Below are positions 50,808-61,861 of a stretch of 64,000 nucleotides of DNA, one piece after another (positions within the stretch are counted from its first letter, which is position 1; each line of letters starts with the position of its first letter). Below the pieces are notes generated by a model that saw nothing but the letters and a program-made list of their open reading frames with translations, was not told the origin of the DNA and searched no databases. The position numbers and the translations under genes are program-made. The stretch comes from Trypanosoma brucei (Eukaryota), in the NCBI GenBank assembly GCA_000002445.1, contig CM000207.1:864001-928000 (forward strand), read 5' to 3'.

Positions 50808-53800
50808 ATGGAGGCGATTTACTTTACTACTAAGCTGGATGAGGTTCGCAGTTATTATGAATCTGATACGAAAAGCGATGACGACATCGTTTACGCTGTT
50901 TACAGTTTAGTGAACGATGCGCACACCGTGTCAAAAATGTTATTGTTAGAGTCGCGTTTCGAAGAACTCCGACGCTGTCTCAGTGTGTGTTGGGTTGCCC
51001 TTGGGGAAGAGCATGTGAAGGAAGATGGTCGTATTGTGTTGGGTAATCTCACTGGCGAGGACCGCAGAATGATCGACTTACTCCTGCAGCGTACTCTGCT
51101 TCTGGAACAACAGACTGAGGAAGTTATCCAGAAGAATAAGGCACAGAACATTATGAGCTATACGGCAGAGGTAATCCGCAGCCAGCTTGCCACATTGACA
51201 AAAGAAAGCGGGCTGAAGAGTGGAATTGGCACTGCTAACGGTGATAACAAGGAGAGAGGACAGGGTGAATCAAAACCTCCCGTAACCCCACCTAAAAGAG
51301 GTTCTGCCTTTGGAAGAAGCAAATTGATGAGGCGCTGGGGAGGAGAGAGGGCTACACCTCCGCTTGTGACGTACACTCGCTTTTCCAACGCTTCTTCTGG
51401 GCTGCCTTATGAAACCGTTTCATCTCTGACGGAGAGCGATGAAGGAGCGCAACCCGAAGGTAGTTCTTCCTTCTCTCACTATACTTTGAGAGACGTCTCG
51501 GCGACCGCGATTCACAGAGTCGGCAACGGAAGCTATTCATCTTCGGTGAGTGGTGGCGCCGATGTGCGGCCCGGTGCAGCAGTATGTGTCCCGAGTGAGA
51601 ACTTTGTACCACCTGTGAACTCCTCTGAGCTGTTTGGACCCAATGCGTCGACCCTCGGCAGAGATCAGCGGGGAATTTGTAGCGGATTGGCCGAGGCATC
51701 AGCGGGCCCATCTCGGTCACCTTCAGAAAAGTCCTCCAGCTTTAGTTCGTATACCTCTGCCCTGTCGGACGTCTGGGCCGCGGACACGGGAAAGCGTATC
51801 GCTCGGACGGCAACGGCAATGAGAGTGGCAGTAGAAGAGCAGTACTTTCCTGCTGGGGTGGTTGAAGGTTTAGACAATGCAATACTTTCTGAGGTAAAAC
51901 AGGATTCTGTGAAGGGGCCACCAGAGATCCCACCGCGCTTGTCGCATACTTTGACTTGCGGTGCCTTGGTGGGACAACAGGATCACACAAAACGGAAAAG
52001 TGATGCAGCGACGGATGATGGGCTAGTGGCTTTTGATGAGTCTGTGAGTGGGGATGCGCCCGCCGATCCTCTGCGAGAAACTATGGAAACAGCGGATCAG
52101 CATGTTGAAACTGTGCCGTGTCTCCCACCGATGCAAAATGATGTCTCTCCTGGGTCATCGCAGGGATCCGTGGAACTATGCAGCGGGCAGCGGAATGATA
52201 CTCAGAGCACGAGTGGTTTTCTTCCCATGCTGACACTATGCCCGAAACTGTCCTCTGAAGCGAAAGCACATGTGGCCAAGGTGTGTAAGGAATACAAGGA
52301 AAAAATGATGGATGTTAATTTGTCCATGGAGGCCATGCGCCGTAAAACGGAGGAACAGAAACAGCTCTTAAATCCAAAGGATAAGTTTGTTCTCAAGGCA
52401 ACAAACGAGTGGATGAGAATGCAAAAAACACCGACTACGTCGCCAGGGGCCGCTGTCGAACCCTCGGTCGCAGGGCAGTCGGACTTGCCCACACCCTCAA
52501 AGGGGCCCGCCGAAGTTGCGTATAAGCAAGCTTGTTTGTCCGTTGGTCAAAGACTCCAGACCTCTCATACATGGAGAAGGAGGAGCAGCAGGATGCCAAG
52601 CTGCAGAACTGTCGAAAGCTTCGCAACTGATGAAAGTTTTTTCTCGCAAACAAACACTTTTGAATACCCCACCACTTCAAGCGCATCTCATACCGGGGTT
52701 GGTCCGTTGAATGGTATACGGGGTTCCGCGGGTAAAGCGGCCACTGATGAGACCCGCGAAAACGTCAGCCAAACAGATGGAGCGAAGGCCAGGTCATCGC
52801 CAACTCCGCGACGGAAGATTGCAGGGGTGAGGCTTACCGACGCACAGCATCAACTTAAGCGGCTGCGCTTGTTGAGTGACGAACCCTTTCCCGAGGTTCA
52901 CCGCATGGTAATTGAGCGTGCGGAGAAGATCGTGGATTTGGAACAAGGTGGTCTCAGCATTGGACGGCTGCGCTCACATCCACGTAGTTCACACAGAGAG
53001 GGGCTGCCATCCAATACTGAGAATTTTCCCGGCCTCTCTTTATCATCGGTTCAGACAAACTCTCTAACAAGGTATGGGCACGTGTTATCTTCTTTACCAT
53101 CGGGTAATATGCACCCTGGAACAGGGAGTAGTGAGCATCTTCCTTTGCTCTCGTGGATGAAACAAAATTGCGGCTCTCTTAGCGCAGCAGTGAGGAAAGA
53201 TGTCTTGGGCATTAGGCCCTCAAGCGGCGCAAATTTGGTGACCGTCGTCCGCAGCACCGACGCCAAGGTCACAGCTGAGGACCTTCAACCCACCATTCTG
53301 TCATCCATTGACGATCTTCACCGGCGCCCTAACTGGACCGTTCTAAACACTGCCACCTTAAGTATGTTTGCCCCGCTCCACCTAGCAGTAGTGCGGATTC
53401 AATTAGTATTGCGTCAGTTCATTGCCAAGCGCGAACTGAACGACCGCAAGCGTGCGGTAGAAGACCACCTTGCGCGCTTGGTTGTACGTGATGAATGCGC
53501 CATCGCCATACAGCGATGGGGACGCTGGTTGATATCACTACAGTTTGTTGCGGTACTGCTGTATCGAAGCAAAACCTATGAGAAGCTATCGGAGCGATCC
53601 TTAAACTGCGAGGCGCCGAGTTTTACCGATGTGTCGTACGAACTCATAAGGCGGTTCTCCGTTACAGGAAATCTGACAACGGCGTTCTTCACACCAACCC
53701 CTGAACCGAGAATCCGGAGTGGTAATCTCTCTAGAACGGGCAATCGCCGTGTAACGGTTGGCTGTCTCCCTTATTTCCCGCGCTCCACAGTGGGGCAAGC

Positions 53801-54848
53801 CCCTTTTGGCCTTCCATCCTCTTCGTGCACAACTATGTGTCAGGCGAGCGTATCTTTGTCACGAGAATCCTCACCGGTGAGGAGACAGCGGGAGATTGAT
53901 GCCTCTCGTGTAATTGTGAAGGCGTTCCGCAAGTGTAAACAAAGTAAGCTGCGTGTCTGGGAGCGGGAAATGGACAATTTTTTGCGTTTCGTCACTCGGA
54001 AAGCGAGCGCAGGTGAAACCTTCAAAGATTCCCGCTGCAAGTCGCAGCGCCAGACACAGAAGTATACTGGGGATGTTAAATGCTCGCCGCGGAGAGGTGG
54101 TCGGGCGGAAGACGCCACTCTCTTTCCAGTTTCGCCTGACCGCTTGTTGGGTGACACATACGCAGCTTGGGAGGCACGTGTCCGAAAAGCGAGGGAGGAG
54201 GGCAACTTCCTCACACCTCTCAACAGTGTGAAACTGTCCCAACTTTATTCCATCTATGAGCAGCGTCTGGAGGTTGAGGCATTGCGACGGCTGAGGGAGC
54301 TGGAGGCTCTCATAGAAGCTGAGGAAGAGCAGGTGAAGCGCGAGGAGCTAGAGCAATCATTGCAAGTGCTACAACCGTGCTTGCGGGGCTACCTCGCAAG
54401 GCGGCGTATTGCGTTCCGTTGGAAAGAACTTAAAAAGGGTAAACTTTTCTCGAATCGCCCAGCGCGACTCATCAACGTTTCTCGGAATAGAACCGCCGGT
54501 TTCCGTGGTCGTGCTGAAAGGGGAAGGACTGTCCCCTTGGAAGGAGAGTCTCTGGAGTTTGCATGTGAGGAGGAGCATCCCATTCCACCAAAAGTGGACA
54601 ATTTTATACAGCAGTCCATTAATCGCCGCAACACATTGATGATCCCAATTACAGATGAGGGGCGTACAGCCCGATTGAGGTTGGTTATAATGATGCAGAC
54701 GTGCTTGCGGCAGAAGGCAAGCCTTCTATCTGTTGCGGATCAGTATGTTACAGTTTGCGCCGTTGCAATACAGCGCTGGTGGCGCCTCATGACACTCTTG
54801 CGTAAGAGGTCCAGCGACAAAATACAAGGAGCAAATTGCGCGATTTAG
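50808..54848 (+). CDS. hypothetical protein with multiple IQ (calmodulin-binding-like) motifs (1346 aa)
   Basis: …AIAIQRWGRWLISL…, …VIVKAFRKCKQSKLRVWE…, …LQPCLRGYLARRRIAFRWKELKK…, …AVAIQRWWRLMTLLRKR… The N-terminal part is S/T-rich. Confidence 0.65.
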   Translation: MEAIYFTTKLDEVRSYYESDTKSDDDIVYAVYSLVNDAHTVSKMLLLESRFEELRRCLSVCWVALGEEHVKEDGRIVLGNLTGEDRRMIDLLLQRTLLLEQQTEEVIQKNKAQNIMSYTAEVIRSQLATLTKESGLKSGIGTANGDNKERGQGESKPPVTPPKRGSAFGRSKLMRRWGGERATPPLVTYTRFSNASSGLPYETVSSLTESDEGAQPEGSSSFSHYTLRDVSATAIHRVGNGSYSSSVSGGADVRPGAAVCVPSENFVPPVNSSELFGPNASTLGRDQRGICSGLAEASAGPSRSPSEKSSSFSSYTSALSDVWAADTGKRIARTATAMRVAVEEQYFPAGVVEGLDNAILSEVKQDSVKGPPEIPPRLSHTLTCGALVGQQDHTKRKSDAATDDGLVAFDESVSGDAPADPLRETMETADQHVETVPCLPPMQNDVSPGSSQGSVELCSGQRNDTQSTSGFLPMLTLCPKLSSEAKAHVAKVCKEYKEKMMDVNLSMEAMRRKTEEQKQLLNPKDKFVLKATNEWMRMQKTPTTSPGAAVEPSVAGQSDLPTPSKGPAEVAYKQACLSVGQRLQTSHTWRRRSSRMPSCRTVESFATDESFFSQTNTFEYPTTSSASHTGVGPLNGIRGSAGKAATDETRENVSQTDGAKARSSPTPRRKIAGVRLTDAQHQLKRLRLLSDEPFPEVHRMVIERAEKIVDLEQGGLSIGRLRSHPRSSHREGLPSNTENFPGLSLSSVQTNSLTRYGHVLSSLPSGNMHPGTGSSEHLPLLSWMKQNCGSLSAAVRKDVLGIRPSSGANLVTVVRSTDAKVTAEDLQPTILSSIDDLHRRPNWTVLNTATLSMFAPLHLAVVRIQLVLRQFIAKRELNDRKRAVEDHLARLVVRDECAIAIQRWGRWLISLQFVAVLLYRSKTYEKLSERSLNCEAPSFTDVSYELIRRFSVTGNLTTAFFTPTPEPRIRSGNLSRTGNRRVTVGCLPYFPRSTVGQAPFGLPSSSCTTMCQASVSLSRESSPVRRQREIDASRVIVKAFRKCKQSKLRVWEREMDNFLRFVTRKASAGETFKDSRCKSQRQTQKYTGDVKCSPRRGGRAEDATLFPVSPDRLLGDTYAAWEARVRKAREEGNFLTPLNSVKLSQLYSIYEQRLEVEALRRLRELEALIEAEEEQVKREELEQSLQVLQPCLRGYLARRRIAFRWKELKKGKLFSNRPARLINVSRNRTAGFRGRAERGRTVPLEGESLEFACEEEHPIPPKVDNFIQQSINRRNTLMIPITDEGRTARLRLVIMMQTCLRQKASLLSVADQYVTVCAVAIQRWWRLMTLLRKRSSDKIQGANCAI

Positions 54849-55316
54849 ATGCGTATGTTTTTGGTTGAGTTCGGAACAATGTTGTTTTGTATTTAGTCAT
54901 GTAAACTATTATCTCAGTGTCATTACCGATACTTCTATGATTTGCTCGTGCAGTTCAGTTACATTTACGCTATCTCGATGCTGTTTTGTGTATGTGTGCA
55001 ATCCTCAGAGTATTGTGGAGCTGTCACTTTCCCCCCTTTCACATGTGTATCTGCAGTTTGTTGTAATACTGTCATGGGTTGACTGCCCTTATTTACTTAA
55101 CTTTCAATTTCACAATACTTCTGCGTAGGAAAGACCATTGTACATCTGCTGGCGCAGTGCAAACAAGGTCACCGTAGGAGGGATTAGGGGTTGAGGGCGG
55201 CGCTTCACCTAAATTCAAAGTTTGCTCCCGTCTCTCAAACCACGTGGCGCAAAATTCCATACAGCGACGGCGGTACTCCTGCACAAGCACGAAGTGCAGC
55301 GTAATTAAACGACTCC

Positions 55317-56552
55317 ATGTTTCAAAAAGCACTTCGTCGACTGCAGCAACAGGCATCACAGAATCCACCAGTTGGTTCCGCCAATATTCCTTCACCCTAC
55401 GCAACGGAAGGTGGGCACGTCCCCATTTGGTCCATCGTAAACGGCTTCGTGCAGAAACGTAATTGGGTGTTCCGTAACCCTGAGTGGTGTGACCTTTGCA
55501 AAGAACCTGTGGCATTGTGGGTGAACCATCACGGTCGTAAGGACCACGCCTTAATGGACATGCACTATACACAAATGATGGAATATCCGAGGCGGTGGAA
55601 CCCCGAGGAAGTTCTCGTGGCATTTTTTGACGAACTACAACTCCCCGTAGAAACGTATCAGCGTAGCTATACATGTTACGAACGTGCCCATAGGAATGAG
55701 CTTTACTCCATGCTTGTGGAGTTGGAGGAGGCCAAAATGCTTTACTTTGGGGAGCCGCGAAACACTTACCTTCACCGAATGCAAGGTGGTTTGCGTGGTA
55801 TGGACCATCAGGGTGCACTTGTGCTGCACCGCTACATCCTAGGCCCCTTCATGCGGCTATACCCCAATGCTCACATACAGGACTTCTCAAACCTCGTGGA
55901 CTTTGTAACCTGCGCGTACAATATGGAAACTGTTTACGATTTGTGTGGTTTCTACACACTTGATAAAGTAGCATTAAAGGCCGACTATAAACCGAGCTCA
56001 CCGGCAGCTTTGGGGTTAGGAGGAATCGCCGTACACTCCTCCCCTTCGCATGGATTTGTTCAGAACGCGGCAGAGTCCCAGCAGCAGTCGAGGCGAGCGA
56101 GTTCAACCGCTTCAACGGGGTCTCGTAGTGCTGCGGACATGGATGAAGAGGCTTTTTCACGTAAGGCTGTTTTTGTTAGGCAGTTGTTAGGTCAACTGCG
56201 ATGGTTGACACTTCCATGTGAAGAGCATCCGGCAGGTTGTAAATTCCCCCAACACCTGATGCTCTTGGGTGAGATTTGCCTCAAGTATCTTGTGGTGGAG
56301 ATAATAGCGGCACGCCTGTGTGAATATATGGTGCGAGTGGAGCCGGTGTGGCGTGACCATGGTTACGAGCGGGTCAAACTCAACGTTGATAAAATCATGA
56401 AACAGGGAAGGGATATATTACCCGAGCCAATAAAGTACTTTTACCGACCAATGTCACCCAATATGGATGACTTGTACAGTACCAAAGTAGGCGTGTTGGA
56501 TGAGGCACTGGAAAAGGCTGCGGTTACTCAATCACTCTCTAAAGGTGTGTAG
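55317..56552 (+). CDS. hypothetical protein (411 aa) with possible U1/matrin-type C2H2 zinc finger
   Basis: MFQKALRRLQQQ… N-terminus; …NPEWCDLCKEPVALWVNHHGRKDHAL… (C-x2-C…H…H). Confidence 0.5.
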   Translation: MFQKALRRLQQQASQNPPVGSANIPSPYATEGGHVPIWSIVNGFVQKRNWVFRNPEWCDLCKEPVALWVNHHGRKDHALMDMHYTQMMEYPRRWNPEEVLVAFFDELQLPVETYQRSYTCYERAHRNELYSMLVELEEAKMLYFGEPRNTYLHRMQGGLRGMDHQGALVLHRYILGPFMRLYPNAHIQDFSNLVDFVTCAYNMETVYDLCGFYTLDKVALKADYKPSSPAALGLGGIAVHSSPSHGFVQNAAESQQQSRRASSTASTGSRSAADMDEEAFSRKAVFVRQLLGQLRWLTLPCEEHPAGCKFPQHLMLLGEICLKYLVVEIIAARLCEYMVRVEPVWRDHGYERVKLNVDKIMKQGRDILPEPIKYFYRPMSPNMDDLYSTKVGVLDEALEKAAVTQSLSKGV

Positions 56553-56564
56553 GCGTCGAGTGAT

Positions 56565-56584
56565 TGTGTGTGTGTGTGTGTTTG
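56565..56584. repeat. (TG)n microsatellite
   Basis: tgtgtgtgtgtgtgtgtttg. Confidence 0.9.
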
Positions 56585-56944
56585 TGTAGTATCGTGGTTA
56601 TGTGGGTTATACACTGAGTCAGTGCTTACTGGGGCCGGTCGCAGTAGGTATCAGCAAAAGCCACTAACTGAAACTACTCCGCAAGCCCGAAGCTGTCGTC
56701 GTTGTTGTTTTATTTACCATCACTTTCTGTGAATGGAGTGTTGTTTCTCACCCTGTTGTTATTGTTGCATATGATTTGTACCATCGCCGTTTTCAACATT
56801 TTCGTTTCTTTGTTTTTGATGCAGCCGTGTTTGTCAACTCTTCTTCTCATCCTTGTGTCCTATAATTTTTTTCTTTTTACATCGCAACTGCCAGGAGGCA
56901 GAATAATACAGTCGCTGCCTTGAAGGTTGAGAGGGGACAGACGA

Positions 56945-57442
56945 ATGGATCCGGCGGTTAGGGAAAGCGTTTCGCGTATTCCACTGCTCAAAACTAAAGC
57001 TGGTCCTCGTGATGGGGAACAATGGACGCAACGACTAAAGGAAGAGTATACTTCTCTTATTCAGTTCGTGGAGAACAATAAAGCGAGTGATAACCATTGG
57101 TTTAAGCTCGAGAGCAATGAGGCAGGAACCCGGTGGTACGGGACATGCTGGACGTACTATAAGAATGAAAGATATGAGTTTAATATGAACTTTGACCTCG
57201 CTGTAACATACCCTCAAGCACCACCAGAGATTGCTTTACCAGAACTGGAGGGTAAAACAGTGAAAATGTACCGTGGTGGTAAAATTTGCATGACGACGCA
57301 CTTTTTCCCACTATGGGCTCGGAATGTCCCTTATTTTGGCATCAGTCATGCACTCGCATTAGGATTGGGTCCGTGGTTATCCATTGAGGTACCGGCGATG
57401 GTGGAGGATGGGGTTCTTAAACCCAAAAAAGTGGAAAGTTAG
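56945..57442 (+). CDS. UFC1: UFM1-conjugating enzyme 1 (UFC1), 165 aa
   Basis: [69 protein letters not shown]…[44 protein letters not shown] aligns almost residue-for-residue with metazoan UFC1, including the catalytic Cys in GGKIC. The listed ORF start 56927 is TTG. Confidence 0.9.
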   Translation: MDPAVRESVSRIPLLKTKAGPRDGEQWTQRLKEEYTSLIQFVENNKASDNHWFKLESNEAGTRWYGTCWTYYKNERYEFNMNFDLAVTYPQAPPEIALPELEGKTVKMYRGGKICMTTHFFPLWARNVPYFGISHALALGLGPWLSIEVPAMVEDGVLKPKKVES

Positions 57443-58215
57443 TAGTTGTGCGGGAAGAGGAAAGTGAAGGGATGGCTCCAATTTTTTTCGTGTGTGGTTT
57501 ACGTGCCTGAAGTGCGTTTTTTCTTCCCCCCCCTTTGATTTTACGCTCATTTAGTTTTCATTTTTATATAGAGGGTAGTGCCATTCACATGAGTGTGGGG
57601 GCAAGGCCGACAACTGGGAGCGGACGGCACCGCACACAAAATGACTGGCTTCTCGTCCTTCCTCCTGTTTTCTTTTTCCATCAGCCCGCGGCGTTCTTCT
57701 TTTCTTTTTTTCCCATTGCAGTTTTGATCTATTCTAACTGCTGCTCGTGCCGTTGCCTGCATACAACCTCAATTCTCCACGTGTTTACACACTTAACTTT
57801 CTGTCAGTAAAAATATTTTTTCAAATTTCTTTCTTTGCTTCTGCTGCGAGTGAAACGAACAAAAAAAATGGACAAATATTTCGAATGCACTTGTTTCCTC
57901 CTCTTTTCCACACTTCTATTAAGTTGCGGTCACCTCTCCCTCATCCTCCACCGGCTCTGCGCGGGACTGACAAGGGGGGAACGGCGCCGCAAGAAAAAGT
58001 AATAATAATAATAATAGTGAAAGTGTATATCAAAAAGTGTGTTGGGAAAAAGAAGAGGGGCCAAAAAAAAAAAGCGTGAGCCACAACAGAATCAGTCAGG
58101 AGTTGCACCTGGTAGAGGGTCGTAAATATTGGCACCAAAATTAAACAGCACGGGGGAAGAAGAACAAGGAAAATAACTAGTTATTCAGCCCAAATATTTG
58201 TTTTCTTCGATTGTA

Positions 58216-60570
58216 ATGGTGAATGGTCTCCCACCGGCATTTCAGCAAACACACTATTCTTCTGACGATATTTTTGCCTTCCTGAGGACTGCTTCACCGG
58301 TGCAGAGTTCATGTGAAATACTTTTCCCTGAAGAAGTTTGGGTACAACAGGAGTTGCAGTTCTATGAGGACTCCTATACGGAACAGCAGGACCTTAGAAC
58401 ATGCATTGTTACTTTTAATGTTGCAAGTAAGAAACCACCTCAAAATTTAGCTTCGCTTATTGCACTCACCATGCCGGGTGCAGGTGGTGAGCCTGTGGAT
58501 CTCATTATGGTGAGCCTTCAAGAAGTTGACATGAGCGCCTCGGCTATGCTGAAGGATGAGACAGACGCTTCGGTAGTGTGGGTGAGTGCACTCCAAGCGG
58601 TAATTGGCGCTGACTCGCAAGCAGCCGGCGAATCTCCTTACTTTGCGTTTCCTCCCAAACAACTTGTTGGCTTACTACTCTGCGTATTCATTCGCCGCTC
58701 TTTGCTGCCGCATGCGCAGAAGATGGCCATCACAACGGTGGCGACAGGGGCACTGGGGACCATGGGAAACAAAGGTGCAGTGGGGCTCCACCTCGGGCTC
58801 TGCCGCTCTAATTTATGTTTCATTAATATGCATCTTGCGGCGGGGCAAAAGAACGTGGTGAAGCGCAACAACGACGTTAGCAAGATATTTATGGGCATGG
58901 ACTTCAACACCACGAAACGACCCATTTCGTTGGAAACCCGAGGGGGTAACAGCGCGCAATCGGAGTTGCAGTTTCAGTATCCGGAGTTTTTGCCCCACAA
59001 TAACGACGTCATTGTTGTTGCGGGTGACCTTAACTATCGGGTGAATCTGACTTACAGGGAGTCGTTGCAGTTGGCAATGAAAAAAGATTATGCGACTCTG
59101 CTGAAACATGATGAGTTTGTGAAAGAACTTGCGAACACGCATTCACCGTGGATGGGTTTCGTCGAGCTGACCCCCACGTACCCACCTACGTACCGCTATG
59201 ACATTGGTACGAATAATTACGACACAAGTGAAAAGCAACGGGTACCGAGTTACACTGACCGAATAGCAATCTGGACGAGACGGAGGGACCATCAGAGCTC
59301 TATTCGTTTGGAACGACTTCAAGCATTGACAGACGTTATGAGCAGCGACCACAAACCGGTTCAGGCGTGCCTGTGCCTTCCCATAAGCCGTGAGGTGTTG
59401 GAGAAGAAGATTTCAGTCACACAAAGTCTGCGCGACAGCGTCAAGAGAGAGGGGTTGGACCGTATTAGAAAAGCCAAAATATCGGTTAATTCACAAAGTC
59501 TCAATTTTGGGGTTCGCCAATTCGGCGATTGTGGGAGCCGTCAGCCACTTAAGATTACCAACGAAGGCGACTGTGTGGCCGTGATCAAGGCGTTTCGGCA
59601 GCAAGACGGAGATCCCAGCAAGGGTGCGTGGCTGCGTGTGTTTCCGTTAATCATCTTCATTCCTCCTCGTAAGGAAAAGGAGGTGATGATAGAGTGTCAA
59701 CTGGACCGCAACTCAACGGAATGGGTCAGAAACTGGAGGCCCTTTGAGGGTCGCGGCGAGGTAGAAATTACTTCTACGCTCGTGTTGTGTGTGCGTAACG
59801 GTGATATTCACTTTGTGGAGTGTCGCTGCACGGTAAGGCCAAGTGTGTTCGGAAATACCCTTGACAACATTTCACTTCTTCGCAATGAAGTGTGTGCTGC
59901 CGCCTACACGCTATGGGGCACGCCCGAGAGGAGATCTGGTGGATGCATGCCCCAAATCCCAAAAGAGTTGTGGTATCTTTGTGAGGCCATATATGAGCGC
60001 GGAGCTCAGCAACCGAACCTGTTCACTGAAAACCCTTCCACTGAAGTCTGCGATGCGATTATGAAGCATCTGAACACGCAGTGTAGACCACTCCCATCTG
60101 AGTACAACGTACAGTGCATTTCAGCATGTTTAATTTACTTTCTCCAGTCGCTGCAGGAGCCCGTTGTGCCCTACGAATTGTATGAAAAAGCCTTGGCAGT
60201 GCTAAAATCGAAGAGCGGGAATCCGTTTCAGTTTGTTCAGCAGCAGTTACCTCCCCTTCACGCGAATGTTTGGATATATGTCTGCTCTCTGATGAATTTC
60301 TTACTGCGACCTGTGAACACGTGCGGCAACGGACTTACCACCAAATTCCTAGCAAGAGTGCTTAGTGATGTGATGCTCGTTCGCCCCGAAGCTCTAACGC
60401 AAATGCCACCCAGTGTAGGTACGTGCACTCATCAGGAGGTAGCGTCAAATGCTCCCCCTAAGGGCGGGACCGCATTGCAGGCATTTCGGCAGCAACTGCA
60501 GCAAGAGAGGGAGGATGCTTTGCGCTTCGTCGAGTGTTTTCTTGTTCCACCCCCAGCCGTGATATTGTGA
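58216..60570 (+). CDS. inositol polyphosphate 5-phosphatase (IPPc) with C-terminal RhoGAP-like domain; OCRL/INPP5B-like architecture
   Basis: 5-phosphatase motifs: …GNKGAVGLHLGLCRSNLCFINMHLAAG…, …VVAGDLNYRV…, …PTYRYD…, …SYTDRIAIW…, …SDHKPV… Then an about 250-aa region with RhoGAP-like features (…NLFTENPSTEVCDAIMKHLN…VVPYELYEKALAV…). The listed ORF start 58198 is TTG; the first ATG is 58216. Confidence 0.85.
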   Translation: MVNGLPPAFQQTHYSSDDIFAFLRTASPVQSSCEILFPEEVWVQQELQFYEDSYTEQQDLRTCIVTFNVASKKPPQNLASLIALTMPGAGGEPVDLIMVSLQEVDMSASAMLKDETDASVVWVSALQAVIGADSQAAGESPYFAFPPKQLVGLLLCVFIRRSLLPHAQKMAITTVATGALGTMGNKGAVGLHLGLCRSNLCFINMHLAAGQKNVVKRNNDVSKIFMGMDFNTTKRPISLETRGGNSAQSELQFQYPEFLPHNNDVIVVAGDLNYRVNLTYRESLQLAMKKDYATLLKHDEFVKELANTHSPWMGFVELTPTYPPTYRYDIGTNNYDTSEKQRVPSYTDRIAIWTRRRDHQSSIRLERLQALTDVMSSDHKPVQACLCLPISREVLEKKISVTQSLRDSVKREGLDRIRKAKISVNSQSLNFGVRQFGDCGSRQPLKITNEGDCVAVIKAFRQQDGDPSKGAWLRVFPLIIFIPPRKEKEVMIECQLDRNSTEWVRNWRPFEGRGEVEITSTLVLCVRNGDIHFVECRCTVRPSVFGNTLDNISLLRNEVCAAAYTLWGTPERRSGGCMPQIPKELWYLCEAIYERGAQQPNLFTENPSTEVCDAIMKHLNTQCRPLPSEYNVQCISACLIYFLQSLQEPVVPYELYEKALAVLKSKSGNPFQFVQQQLPPLHANVWIYVCSLMNFLLRPVNTCGNGLTTKFLARVLSDVMLVRPEALTQMPPSVGTCTHQEVASNAPPKGGTALQAFRQQLQQEREDALRFVECFLVPPPAVIL

Positions 60571-61060
60571 AGGGGTTGTGTATTTGCTTTTTCTTTTTTC
60601 AAAAAAAAAATTATCAATGTTTATAATTGCGTGGTACTTGAAGTGTCTGATTTTGGGGAAGGGTTAGGGGAAAGGAACGAATATTTCATTTACCTCTTTT
60701 TGTGTTGCTTTTAGTTGTTGTTGTTGTTGTTTTTGGGGCTTACTAGCTTTACATTACCGTGTTGACTCGCCCATTTTTTTTCTTTTGCACTTTTATGGGC
60801 GTGACCGACCCAAGTCACACGCTTTTCGATGGGTGTGCCCGTTCCCCGAAGAAATGACTGGACTGTTTCCGCTTCTGCCTCTCAGTGCTATTTTCTTGCT
60901 CTTTCCCCATCATTCTTACATTGTTGCTGCTTTGTTCTCGATTCTTTTCCTTTTTCCCCCTTGTTGCTTCTTTTTTTTTGATGTGTGGGGGTTACATCTT
61001 CTCTTTTGTCAGCGGGAAGTCTTCTTTTTTTTCTCTTTTTTCCAGAAAAACACCACAGCC

Positions 61061-61402
61061 ATGTCCATGAAGTATCTTGCTGCGTACGCTTTGGCGTCGC
61101 TTGCCAAACCTGCACCGACTGCCGACGACGTGAAGGCCATTTGCAAAGCCAGTGGCGTCAAAGTCGAAGAGGACTCGCTCGCGTTCGTTATGGAAGCCAT
61201 CGATGGCCGTAGCGTCAACACACTCATTGCGGAGGGTGTCGCTAAGATGAGCGCTGTGTCGGTGGCAGCCGCTCCTGCAGCTGGAGGTGCAGCGGCTCCC
61301 GCGGCGGGCGGTGCAGCAGCTGGTGGCGCGGCCGCCCCTGCAAAGAAGCAAGAAGTGGAGGAGGAAGAGGATGATGATATGGGTTTTGGCCTGTTTGACT
61401 AA
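61061..61402 (+). CDS. 60S acidic ribosomal protein P2 (113 aa)
   Basis: [59 protein letters not shown]…, Ala/Gly-rich hinge, C-terminal [13 protein letters not shown]. The listed longer ORF (60785) crosses a pyrimidine-rich tract. Confidence 0.9.
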   Translation: MSMKYLAAYALASLAKPAPTADDVKAICKASGVKVEEDSLAFVMEAIDGRSVNTLIAEGVAKMSAVSVAAAPAAGGAAAPAAGGAAAGGAAAPAKKQEVEEEEDDDMGFGLFD

Positions 61403-61861
61403 ATCGGGCAGAGTATACTCCTGGTCTGTCGTTTCCGCTCGCTTTGCATCACGTTAGGACCTTTGACATTTTGTGTGTTCGGTGAAGTCCGCTGGGTGGT
61501 CGGAGTATCCTGGGGCGAGAGAGTGGAGGGAAGGGCGAGAGAATTCTACCCCGTTACGTTGTTTCTTCTTTTTCTTTTTTTTATATCTTAAATAATTATC
61601 TTCTGATTTGTGCATTTGAGTTTGCTTCTGTTTTACCACGTGTGAAACGACAGCCAGTGTGCAATGTACCGGCAACACCTCTCTACATCTTTCCTTTGCT
61701 CCACATCTTCTTCGCCTGCTTCAACATCAACAGTGCATCACGTGTAGTGTACGGGAAAGCTAATAAGGGATCCTACACACAAGTAGGTGGTAGCGTACGA
61801 AGCTGCACGGACGGGAGGGGAAGCGGCCGCATCCGCGGTTCTTGACTTTAACGCACCTTTC

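Noticed and set aside
55093-55818. 241-aa ORF on the minus strand
   Set aside because: Lies antisense to the 5' end of the 55317..56552 gene and its upstream spacer. Composition looks like a shadow ORF. Every other gene is on + and there is no strand switch nearby.
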